Positions 16,228 to 27,277 of a DNA stretch of 32,569 bases are shown here, one piece after another. The stretch spans positions 1 through 32,569 of the forward strand of contig JBJCIZ010001663.1 in assembly GCA_051294375.1 (NCBI GenBank), read 5' to 3'. The notes under the pieces are model-generated. The model did not search any database and had not been told where the DNA came from. It worked only from the letters and a program-made list of their open reading frames with translations. Source of the DNA: Paraspadella gotoi. Its lineage: Eukaryota > Animalia > Chaetognatha. Each line of letters begins with the position of its first letter. Position 1 is the stretch's first letter. The position numbers were made by a program, and so were the translations under genes.

Positions 16228-17583
16228 ATGCTTAGCACTCGCGACGCGATGTGGGGAAGTGACGAACTTTTGAATCTTTCTCTCGACGTCCAAGGAGAAG
16301 ATTACGCCTCCATATTCCCGCAGAATTGCGCAAACCCGGATGAGATAGCGGGCTTCAGCCGAAGGGACCCGTTAAGTCTTAATACTCCCCCAAATCCCAA
16401 CACCCTCTTCAACTCAAACGCCACTCCTGTGAGCAGCACCCCAATTCCCTCTTTTATGGAATTATCGGAGGTATTTAAATTGGGAATTGTCTGGATTGCT
16501 ATTTGTTATATATTTATACTATACCTGAAATATTATTTGCAGCCAACTCTTCTTCAGCGTCTTCCGTTGAATGACGCACAGGATTCATCCTCGAACGATG
16601 GAACCCTTCCTTACGACATTCCGCCCACGCCCAAAACTCCTCCCAATTTGCCCACGACGTTGTTCGATCCGCCGACTCGTAAACTGCCGCCAATCCCAAT
16701 GAAGAACGGAACGATAGATACGTCTCAATGTAATAACAATCTTAGCCTTCTCGCCTACAACGATGAAAGAATCCCGTTTATCATTGGAACAACCGACGAA
16801 TGGAAATTCAGATCGGACGTTCCACTCTCGGGCAAGGTGGGGAAATGGATAAAGACATGTCGACGCAATTGGCGAAAAGTAGCGAGGAAGCGCGGTATCG
16901 ATTATATCAAGTTCGTTTTCGAAAATTTTGGTCTCCTCGCCAATCCCAGTGAACCCCAAGACGAGAGACTCCACTTACCTCCCAGCGGTGTAAAAAATCC
17001 GACGACGACGAAAAGAAAGGTCTTCGTCAAGCAGCCGACGGCGTCAACATCCTCGTCATCCATTATGGATTCGTCGGCGTTCGGGCCCCCGCTAGCATCG
17101 TCATCTTTTAACGACATCTCAACGGAGCCGAAAAAAACCCGAAGCGACGAAGTCCGTCGTCTCCTCGCCGAAAAAGAAACTCTAAAATTAGAGCGGGATA
17201 AATTTAAAGATCGTGCGGCGAAATTAGAAGAAGAACTCGCGAAGGAAAAGAAACTCCGCGAACTGGACCGTGATCGTTTCGAAGAAAAGGTCAATAAGAT
17301 AAGAGAAGACTCTGATAGGCGGATCGACCGTCTGACGGAGACTCACCTCCACGAAATAAAGAGCTGGCGAGAAGCTCTCTGCGCTCCGCAACAATCCTCA
17401 AAATCTTCGAAAGGCAACGAGAAAAGAAGTGAGTCGCCTAAAATGCGCGTACACGGTGAGCCGTTTAGAATCGCAGATACTCGTCCCCACTTACCCGTTT
17501 TCGATCCTCCACCCCATCTCCAACATTTGACGAAACCCCCCCGTCAGTCCCCACCCCCTCGTAAAATTCAAAAGAAATATTGA
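16228..17583 (+). CDS. Accessory A16 (451 aa unspliced; 427 aa if the in-frame 72-nt intron 16471-16542 is removed): Pro-rich region, small Trp/basic domain, coiled coil
   Basis: Long ORF; ATG directly follows acceptor TGTTCAG (16227); AT-rich GT...TTTGCAG segment inside; AATAAA hexamers downstream at ~17828, 17848 and 17905. Confidence 0.8.
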   Translation: MLSTRDAMWGSDELLNLSLDVQGEDYASIFPQNCANPDEIAGFSRRDPLSLNTPPNPNTLFNSNATPVSSTPIPSFMELSEVFKLGIVWIAICYIFILYLKYYLQPTLLQRLPLNDAQDSSSNDGTLPYDIPPTPKTPPNLPTTLFDPPTRKLPPIPMKNGTIDTSQCNNNLSLLAYNDERIPFIIGTTDEWKFRSDVPLSGKVGKWIKTCRRNWRKVARKRGIDYIKFVFENFGLLANPSEPQDERLHLPPSGVKNPTTTKRKVFVKQPTASTSSSSIMDSSAFGPPLASSSFNDISTEPKKTRSDEVRRLLAEKETLKLERDKFKDRAAKLEEELAKEKKLRELDRDRFEEKVNKIREDSDRRIDRLTETHLHEIKSWREALCAPQQSSKSSKGNEKRSESPKMRVHGEPFRIADTRPHLPVFDPPPHLQHLTKPPRQSPPPRKIQKKY

Positions 17584-18004
17584 AACGATGCTTACCTTCT
17601 ATATTTGAACTCATTCTATATCGTTATTATATTTGGCGTCAGTCTGATTTGTAACATAAATAATTAAATTTGTTTAACTGACGCGATATCGCATATTGTT
17701 GAGCAACGTTATACTGTAAATAACAATTAAATTAACTCACCGTCTCAAATCGCGGTTATTCATCTAATTCCAATTGCCTATTATCTTGTATTACGATTAT
17801 TCATTAATACTTACCTCCTATATGGCAATAAACATTAATGTCATTCAATAAAGTGTAAAAACAATGGATGATGGGGGGTTGCTTGCCTGTTTCCTTTGCT
17901 GAGTAATAAAACTTGGACAACGTAGTAAAATATAAAATTGTAATTTTTCAAATAGAAATTGACAGTCGAGGAAAGATAATTCAAAAAATTAGTTTACCCC
18001 TCAC

Positions 18005-18017
18005 AAAGGGGGGAGAA
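18005..18017 (+). other. Polypurine tract-like run AAAGGGGGGAGAA followed by TG (second, upstream PPT candidate)
   Basis: 13 consecutive purines followed by TGAGA, 577 bp upstream of the LTR defined by repeat homology. Confidence 0.45.
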
Positions 18018-18188
18018 TGAGATCCCGTGTTTGAGACTTACTCCAAACCAAAACCTCAAGCAAGTACTAGCAACTCGCATAATTTGTGCAGGGATAAGCT
18101 AATTTTAATTCGGGCCCGTCAAAGCCGAAGTCCTTGATCCAGTTGCGGAAAAATCGACGGTGGGAGCGGACCTGTCCAGACGAAGGCG

Positions 18189-18338
18189 CCGACGGAGCCG
18201 CAGATGGGACCTCCGACGGACCGCAGATGGAACCTCCGACGAGCCGCAGATGGGACCTCCGACGGACCGCAGATGGGACCTCCGACGAGCCGCAGATGGG
18301 ATCGCAGATGGGATCGCAGATGGGACCGCAGATGGGAC
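18189..18338. repeat. GC-rich tandem repeat (23-bp then 12-bp period) containing 8 CGCAGATGG cores
   Basis: CAGATG at 18201, 18224, 18247, 18270, 18293, 18305, 18317 and 18329. Confidence 0.92.
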
Positions 18339-18584
18339 TGCCAACGGGCTCGCGGACGGAATTATCAACGTTCAAGATCGGGTTGGGAAATCACAGCCGC
18401 GAAAGGGGGGAGTTATTGCAGCATTGCAGCATCGGGAAATGCAGAGCCTTTGGGACGGGGGAGTAAGAAGGAGAGATGATGAACCTACCTCCAAGATGAC
18501 GCAGTCTGAAATGATTTAGATGTGCCGCTATGTCTGCGCTTCCTTTATTTGGCAACTTTGACATATAAGTATTTACAATGTTCC

Positions 18585-18594
18585 AAGGTGGGAG
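18585..18594 (+). other. Polypurine tract (AAGGTGGGAG) immediately 5' of the central LTR
   Basis: Purine-rich 10-mer abutting TGTAAC at 18595. Confidence 0.65.
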
Positions 18595-18983
18595 TGTAAC
18601 AATAGGCGCTAACATAGTGGTACGAGCGGTGAATGAGATGGAACCGATGATCACCTGTTTCCTAATCTTGCCTTACTTTCGCCCTCTACCGTTCTTGGTT
18701 CCAGCTCATTCTCCGATGGAAGGCCGAATCGTAAACATCGAAAATAATAATTTTCTACTATTTCACAAAAATGTAAATATTTAATTAAATATTTATTTAT
18801 TATCGTAATTATTATAACTTAAGAATTAATTATTAAATTAATTCTTCCTTCCATTCTAGGTTTGAACAATTCCATTTCTCGTATTTTGGAACGCAGCGAA
18901 AATGTACTCGTCTTCTAAAATATATCTTGGTAGTTCTACATTAAGTGGATTATATTTAGGTATTTTAGTATAGATTAGTTACA
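18595..18983 (+). repeat. Central LTR (389 bp): 3' LTR of copy 1 and 5' LTR of copy 2
   Basis: Nearly identical to 178-555 (a 1-bp indel, a ~12-bp indel and very few substitutions); TGTAAC...GTTACA termini. Confidence 0.8.
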
Positions 18984-19098
18984 TTTTTACATTCAAACAT
19001 TTTTTAAGTAAATATTAGTTAATTAGTTAAAATTAAATTAAGACTTTAAACTTGAGAATTATAACTTAGAATGTAAAATTAATAATAGGTAAACTTTT

Positions 19099-19278
19099 CT
19101 CGACAGTGGCTCGCCACGGTAAATGCCGAGGGAAGTAAAACGGAACCGCGGGGAGATTTATAACTCACCGCGGGCAAACTTCGTCATTTGAGGACTTTAA
19201 CTCATTGATGAAGTAGTTAGGGAAGAAACCGATTGTAATAAAATCTGAATTTCCCCCTCAGATTAAGAAACATTCGGT
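19099..19278 (+). other. Structured 5' leader RNA of copy 2
   Basis: Same hairpins as 670-850 with compensatory substitutions. Confidence 0.75.
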
Positions 19279-19371
19279 GAAAAAAAAATTACGAAAGCTA
19301 GAAATTCAAATAACTCCGCTTCGTCGAATCCTCTTCGCTCCCGGCTGCTTTCAACGGAAAGGTTAGAAACC

Positions 19372-22300
19372 ATGGATAGCTTTAACGAGGATAGCGATAG
19401 TGTTTCGGGTAGAGAATTTAGACATTTTTTAACTGAATTTAAGCAGAAGTTAGATAAGTTTAGTTCGAATTACCGATTGTATTTATCTAACAAAACCTCG
19501 GCAAACTTACGCGAAGCTCTCAAAACGCGCGAGAACCTCGTTGATCTCGTAAGGGATCTGTCGGGCGGGCTCCTAAACCGTCCAGACTTGAAAACGCGGC
19601 GCGCGGAGGGTCTTCTGTGTGAGGCTGAGGAGTTATTATTACGTTGTCCAAATATTGATATTTCTGAAATGAGTGACCCCGAACCCATCGAAACGAGTGT
19701 TCGCGATAGGCCGATTGAATCATGTTGCATTGATCCTGTTTCTACGTCGGTTCCTGTAACTAATCCGGTTCCTGTAACTAATCCCGTTTGTGTTGATACG
19801 CCAGCCGTCATGTCCGTAGACAAAATTAATCCTACCATTCCCTCTGTCGATCCCGATTCCGACCCACACCCTGTCCCCGCCCGTGTGTCCAGCTGGGTCC
19901 AGGAGGCCGCCGCCAATCGCGGGAGAACGCCGTCCGCCGATTCCTCCGAGAAGACCGAAGATGACAGTCAATCGGGAACGACGTCTTCAGGGTCCGGTGT
20001 ATCGAGGCCGTCACGCAAGGCACAGCGGGAGAGATTAATTAAAGAAGGTGAGGTGGAGGACCGTCTGTGCAATTTCCGTCGAAAACTCGAGCGAATGGAG
20101 AACGAGCAAAACCGTAAAATGATTGAGTTGAATGAAGCTCGTGACGAAATGAAGAGAATGGAACGAGAGGCAGAAATTGAGAGGATTGATATTAAAAGTC
20201 AATATGAAGAAGAGGTCGAAATTCTTGAATTAAATGTCTCTCTGATCAGGAACGACGCGGAACAGAAGAAACGCGAGAGGGCCATTCGGACGATAACGAA
20301 CGTGGAGGAACCTCTTCCCGCAGCGGCGCCGTCGTATCCAGCCCACTCAACCGAGACGGAAAATCCACGCACGCAGAATCGGTCGCGATCCGTTGCCGTG
20401 GCTACGACAACGCTGCCCCGTTCAAAGTCAGCGGGGAGCCGCCCGTCGGAAAACCAGCGCGGAGCCGTTACTAAGGTTACGGCGGCTTCGAAGGCGCCGC
20501 GACCTACAACGAGAGTCCCGGTGCGAACGAATGAAGCCGTGTCGGGGGCGCCGGCGCCAAAGACGCCGGCCCAAACGCCCGGCCAAGACGCGGCGCGAGT
20601 ACAACGAGGACCGCTCAACCAAAATTTACGTGTTGTACCTGTTTTGCATGATGTTGATCCCTGTTTTGCCGTGCCTATTCCTTCTGCAATTTCGAGTGAA
20701 TTACAAAATGAGAATTGTGTGTCGAAAGGTTATTTGAATGAGAATGAGAATCTAGTAGAACGAATCAGTGCCTCTGTAAGGCCGTCTGCTGCTGTGTCAC
20801 CGCCCTTTGTTGCGAATCCAGTTGATTGCACGGATCCGATCATGTCAGCTCAGCCAGGCGTTTCCTCTTCGTCGCCTCAGTTTAAACAGCAAGAGAATAT
20901 TCTGTCGATGATTCAGGCAGCGTTGTTGCAAGCTATAACGCCTTTGTTTGCGGCGCAAAATGCTATGATGCCATCTGTAGCGCCGCCAGTTAATGTTATG
21001 ATGCCATCTGTAGCGTCGCCAGTAGCGCCGCCAGTCAATGTTTATGACGCCTTCTGTAGCGCCGCCAATCGCGTCGCCGGTTAACGTGACGACGCCGCCC
21101 GTAGTGCCGCCGATCGCGCCGCCGGTTCCGTCGGACGACCTCGCCCCGCCTCTAGTCTCGGCTCCAATCACGATCCCTCCGTCGCCGGGTCCCGAAGCTG
21201 CAGTGGATCTAACGGTCCCGAAAACCGTGGTTTATCCCTCGAGACCACCCACACCCCGTCCACCACCCCAGGTACCGACTCGAAACCGGAAAAACAGGTT
21301 CTTAATAGAAAAAACAAATTAAATGAGATTGAACCCATTCCAAACGTTATTAATGACGATATACCTCAACTTAGTGACGACGAAGTATCTATATGTTCGG
21401 ACAACACTCACCGTGTCGGATCCATTGTAGCACCCACGTCAGAGGACGGTCCGTTGGCGCAACTTTGTGCCATTCAGCTTCAGCAACAAGCTTTCTCACT
21501 GATGCGGCAAAAAAGGCCAAAACTCAAATTCTCCGGAAGGGATCGTCGAGTCGATTTCGACAACCAGCTCGCCCTTTTCAACACCCTCTACAGCATTCCG
21601 GGAATCACCAACGAGATGCTGGGTTGGGGAATTAAGGGAGTACTTCGCAGGTGACGCCCTTATAATTATCCAACAGTACGAGTTGGGAAGTGACTACTGT
21701 AGATCGTTAAAAAAGATTAAAAAAAGCATTGAAAGGGCAATTCGGGAGAAAAGCATATACAGCTAGACATTTACTGGATAATTTATTGAAAGGTTCAAAA
21801 GATCAGTAGCCGAGATTCGGCAGGCCTAAAAACGTTCATACTCGAATTAGAAAAAATTTATTTGCGAGCAAAAGAAACGAATAGAGAAAAAACATTTGCA
21901 ACGCAAGAAATATATACCGAGATCTTGTCGAAAAAGGCCCCGCATCTGGGAAATGCATGGGCGAAAAGGGCCGTAAAAAAGAAAATGGAATGGTTAGAGA
22001 GAGAGACTGATGACGAAGATGACGAATGTGATTTAGACCCCACGTTCGAAACGTTTTATTAAATTCCTTAAATATACGGCTGAGATATCTGAAATGGGTT
22101 CTATTTATTCAGGGTTCGGCGCCCCGAGCGAAAGCAAGACGCCAAACGCGGGACCCACTGCCACTTCAACGCCAAAACTCATCGAAAGCCGTTCCCAGTC
22201 CGCTTTGCAGCCGTCGCAGCAAAATCGGCGAAACCCACGTCAATGCTGAAAAGCGCAGATACAACGCCAAAATTTCCCCACCCCAACGCCAATCCCATGA

Positions 22301-22558
22301 CGCACGCTCCAAGGACCCCGTCAGCAGGTGACATGCTATATGTGCAGCGCAAACCATAAGCTGGAAGCTTGCAGAAAGTATCTGAATCTCGTGATTGAAA
22401 AAAGGTGGGAATTCATCAGAAAAAATAGTCTATGCCATGTTTGTTTGAGGCGTGGCCATATCACTAAGGAATGTAAGAGTTTACTAGGTTGCCGAAAATG
22501 TGCCGGCCGTCACCACGTCTCCGTGCATGCAGAGACGCCGGCCGCAAATTCTTCTTGA
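19372..22558 (+). pseudogene. gag: gag of copy 2, broken by several small indels (possibly sequencing/consensus errors)
   Basis: ORF fragments 19372-21084, 21038-21322, 21454-21654, 21862-22062 and 22328-22558 tile the copy-1 Gag; several breaks fall in homopolymer runs. Confidence 0.8.
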
Positions 22559-25500
22559 CTTGCAGCCGCGTACGCCGCCACGGGAACATTCCGCCCTATT
22601 GTTTCCTGTGATTATCGCAAACGGGAACAAAACCGTGACGACGTACGCGCTTCTCGACTCAGGAGCAACCCGCTCCGCAGTCGCAATCTCTATCGTCAAC
22701 AAATTAAATTTAAACCCTTATACATTATTTACTAATCTTACTACTTATGATGCAACTTCACAAATCTGGCGAGATTTTGTAGATTTTGAAATAAGAAATA
22801 TGGACGATACTTATTCAGTAGAAATTAAAAGGGCCATCGTCGGCAAGATTTTAACATGTGAAAGCGACAAACCTGTAAAAAACAAAGACATAATCGAGTA
22901 TGGGTATATGAGAGATGTTGAATTTATCGAGTTGAAAGATGATAATGTTGATTTAATCCTAGATGCAAGCCTCGCTTCGGAGTGGATCGGAGGACCGACA
23001 CGAATCGGACCGCCAGGCTTTCCCACAGCCCTACATACTACATTCGGTTGGACTCTCATTGGGCCAAGCGAAAACAGACGCCAAGGAGAGCACATTATTA
23101 GTTGCCTTGACGCCGACCCCCCAGGTTTGGAAGAACTTGAATTTCAAATCTCAAAACTAGAAAAAATGGATTTTTTAATGAAAGAATCTGAGCATTATTC
23201 ATCCGAAGTTAGTCACCCATCAGCGTTAGATCAATACGCAATAGAGCAACTCGAATCTGAAATAAAATTCAACATCTCTACAGGTCACTACAGCGCCCCC
23301 ACGCCGTGGAAAAGGGGACGAGAAGCGGCCGCCAAGGAGTTCAAGAAAATCAGGGAAGCAACAATCGCAAACGCAAAGAAGAGAGCGATCAAAACCGCGG
23401 AGAAGCTAGCGAAGGACCCAATCCTGAAGAAAGGGGTCTTTGAAACAATGCGCGAATGCATGGAGGTTGGTTTCTCAAGCAAAGTAGAAATTGAAAACTT
23501 GAACGGTGAACTGCCCGAATATTATACCCCATTACACATAGTCACGCGTCCCGACAAGCCCGGCAAATTCCGGATTTGTCAAGACGCAGCCTCGAAAACT
23601 CGAGGGACATTTCTTAATGAACACTTAATAGCCGGACCTGATAACTTAACTCCATTGCTGGGCGTCTTAATGAGATTTCGAAGAAAAAGGGTAACATTGT
23701 CAGCCGACATAAAAGGTTTTTTTCACCAAATCGAAATCGACCCCGCCGACCGAGGCGCCTTTAGATTTTTTTGGTATAGTGATGAAAGTATGACCAAACT
23801 CGAAACTCATCAATCCAATGTCCATATTTTTGGTGGTTCTGGAAGCCCAGGAGTAGCGAATTGGGTGATTAAATACCACATGAAAAAGATTAAAGATGAA
23901 GTCTCACTCGAAGCCTTTCTTTCTATTTTTCTTCAGCTCTATATGGACGATCTCCTGGATTCCCTTGACACGCCGCAAGAAGCTCAGCGATTGAGAACAG
24001 AGCTCACCGACGCACTCAAACGCGGAGGCTTCGAACTCTGCAAATTTAAGAGCTCAGACCCACGGGTGCTCAAGGACGACCCCATTTCGGAAAACACTCC
24101 CCAAGCTACTCCTCAAGGAACAGGCGAACTCACTGACGACCTCGAGAAACTGGCCGAAAACGCCGCGCCGGAGAGCCCGATGATAGAGGATAATACAAGT
24201 AAGATCCTAGGAGTAGGTTTTAATTCTGAAAAAGACATATTTTTCGTTCGTATCACTGAGAAAGCGAAAAAGGAGGCGGTCTCTAGACGAGATTTTTTGA
24301 AGTTGGTCGCAAGCGTATACGATCCACTCGGGTTTGTCGCTCCATATATCCTCAAAGGAAGATCTTATTTCCAAAAAGCGACAAATGACCAACTTACTTG
24401 GGATGAAAAAGTTCCAGAGGATCTTTTCAAAAAATTCGATAAATGGAGGAAAGAAATGGAAAGTCTAAAAAGATTTACCTTTCCTCGATGGACATCGATA
24501 CCAGGTCTAAATGTCGCTAAGACTCAATTAATTATTTTCGCTGACGCATCTTCTACCGGATATGGTATCGTTGCGTATTTAAAAAAGATGAACAAAAGCG
24601 AGGATGAATGCCATATTTCTTTATTTTACGCAAAATCCCACGTCGTCCCGCTGCAGATGCAAAGGACACTGGTACCGGGTCAAGAGGACCATCTTGAGAG
24701 CATGCCTCGTTTAGAACTAAACGCGGCAAGACTTGCGGCACAGTCTAGAGACACCATAGTCAGAGAATCTGGAGAGGATTTCTCCAGTATCGTAATGCTT
24801 ACAGACTCGATTACAGTATTAAACTGGATCAATGATTATACTAAAAGATTTAAAACCTTTGAGCATTTTAGGCTCAAAATGATACGAAATTTATCTCCAA
24901 TGCAGGAATGGCGCCATGTCGAAGGAAAGGAGAATCCAGCCGATTTCACGTCCAGAGGTCTTGATGCAAACGACAAAAAATGGTCCATCTTCCATCAAGG
25001 CCCCGCCTGGCTTCATCGACCGGAAAATGAATGGCCGACGTCGAAGTATCCCGTCAAATCCTCAGCGAGAAAGGAGACAGCCAAAGAACAGGGAAATACG
25101 CCAGAAGATATCAAATTAGCGGCAGTCCACGACGATTGCACCTACTCCCCAATGGAATTGGTCGTCGTCAATGCCACCCGTACCTACCCAACGCTTCCGT
25201 CTTCCAATGCTGAGGACTGGACGCTGAAAATCACAAATAAAGTGTCAGAATGGCGACAAAAGGTGAGAAGAATTGCCTATTTCTCGAAAGCTGTTCCAAA
25301 ATTTCTAGAGTTTCTGAAAATGAAAAAAGAGGGAAAAAAGGTCAAAGTCGAAAACATTTCACTTACCGCCGATGACTTTAAAAACGCAAGAGCAAAACTA
25401 TACAGGGCAATTCAGCGATCTCACTTCGAAAAAGAATTTTACGAATTGTTTAAAATGGGCATTTTATCTCCCGATGCAAAAAGGGAACTTAGAACCAGAA

Positions 25501-26753
25501 GTTCGAAAATGATTTCGTTAAGCCCGTTTATTGACTCAGAAAACTGCATTAGAACGGGCGGTAGACTCGGTAACGCTAAAGACATGAAGTTCGAAGCAAA
25601 ACATCCTTTGATCTTGCCGAAAAGTGATGAAAATGTTAATTCAATAATTAAGCACCATCATGAGCAATTAAAACACGCTGGTGGCTCTGCAACATTTCAC
25701 TTTCTAAACCAAAAATTTGCTTTATTAGGAGGACGAGCAAACGTAGACGCCGTTATCCGGAAATGCCTTCAATGCCAAAAAGCACACAAGAACCCAACTC
25801 CACAGAAAATGGGACCTCTTCCGGAGTTTCGAGTGGAAGCAGCCACCCCGTTCAAAACCACTGGCGTGGACGTCTTCGGGCCTTACAAAGTAAGAAATGC
25901 CGGAAGGGGCTATAATAACAAACACGTCCTACTCCTTACCTGTATGACTACAAGAGCAGTAGTATTTGAAGTATTGAAGGATATGTCAAGCATGTCAGTC
26001 ATATCTGCATTGATAAGATTCCGTTCACACTTTCCAGGCTTGGAACGACTCGTCTCGGATAACGGAACAAACTTCAGAGGGATCGACAATGAACTTAAGA
26101 GGCAACTGAAAACGATTCGCCAAGACGAAAAATTCACGGAGTTCATCGCCTCAAACGACATCAGGTGGGACTTCGGTCCTCCACATACTCCCCACTGGGG
26201 GGGAGTGTGGGAACGCCTTGTTAAAAGCACTAAAAAACACATTACCACTTCTTTACCTAAAGAGCCTGATCTCGACACCTTTGTCACCATTTTGTGTGAA
26301 ATATCAGCTATTTTAAATAGGAGGCCAATCACTCAAGCCCCGGCAAATCCAAATGAAATTATAGCATTAAGCCCCGAAAATTTTTTATACCCATACCTAC
26401 ACGCCTCAACAGCTCTAACTCTTCTTCCTTACACCCCTACAGTTGGCGACACTTTGCGAGCTTCGTGGAAAATCGTCCGCGATACGGCGGATAGGTTTTG
26501 GAGTCGTTGGAGGCAGGAATATCTCACGACCCTACGAAGTCGAAAGAAGTGGACGACATCATCCGATGGTCTGGAAGTAGGAGACATCGTCTTAATCGAA
26601 GAAGAAAACACACCCCGCGACATTTGGAGAGTCGGTCGAATTATGAAGCTCGTGGGAGAAGACATCCACAAACGGGAAGCAGTCGTGAAAACTCCAAACA
26701 ACAAAGAGATCCGTCGTCACGTGAAAACTTTAATTAAACTCGAAGTCGATTAA
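22559..26753 (+). CDS. pol: Pol of copy 2 (PR-RT-RH-IN); intact apart from one extra T at 22602-22604
   Basis: All catalytic motifs as in copy 1; same TCT TGA CTT GCA GCC junction. Confidence 0.93.
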
Positions 26754-27277
26754 TGCGGTTCCACTAAACCTTTGAGTAAAATATCGCGTTATTGCATTTA
26801 TTTATTTATAAACAACGATTGTCCCAGTGATTTCGTTTATTATTGATCACCAAATTACCCACCCATTTGTGAGCTACTGTATTGAAAACTCAAGCTTAAA
26901 TCATTCAGTAATAAAAATATTATTTAAATAACTCACCGACTACTTGTCGAGTGATCAGCGTCTAAAAGCAGAATCAAACAAGCTTGAATAATTAGCCATA
27001 AATTATCGATAACGAGCCAGTTACCCAGTTACTTACCGTACCCATTGCTATTTTGTTTGCATCGACGTCATGCGCAAAAATTTGTTTCATAATTAAACAC
27101 GAAAACAATTGTCAATTCAGTAAAGTTTAATTAGCGATTACCGAATAAAAAAGCCAGACGATTATCTAGTAAATTAAACAAATTGTCGTCACGATAGTAA
27201 ATAGAATCCAATTATTTATTTGATTCAACCTACCCTCTCAACCAGATATACTAACCTGTTTAGTACACGGTTCAACC

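Larger units (their letters stand above)
178..18983 (+). mobile_element. Giant BEL/Pao-superfamily LTR retrotransposon, copy 1 (apparently full length, ~18.8 kb)
   Basis: Near-identical direct repeats at 178-555 and 18595-18983; gag with BEL-type triple zinc knuckle; pol in PR-RT-RH-IN order with BEL/Pao-type motifs; PPT-like tract before the 3' LTR. TSD not testable (5' flank CATAT at 173-177; the 3' end is joined to copy 2). Confidence 0.93.

Noticed and set aside
16189-17583. A16 as an envelope gene
   Set aside because: No signal peptide, Cys-rich ectodomain or C-terminal TM anchor; the only hydrophobic stretch lies in a probable intron
18189-18338. Possible CRISPR-like array
   Set aside because: No unique spacers and no cas genes; simple tandem repeat in a eukaryotic element
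18067-18519. Overlapping ORFs on both strands across the repeat block
   Set aside because: By-product of a GC-rich, stop-poor repeat; translations are repetitive in all frames
18578-18784. 68-aa ORF overlapping the LTR start
   Set aside because: Starts outside the LTR and is frameshifted by a 1-bp indel in the 5' LTR copy
22500-22604. Apparent overlapping pol start implying a ribosomal frameshift in copy 2
   Set aside because: Caused by one extra T at 22602-22604; copy 1 shows in-frame gag-TGA-pol and no slippery heptamer is evident
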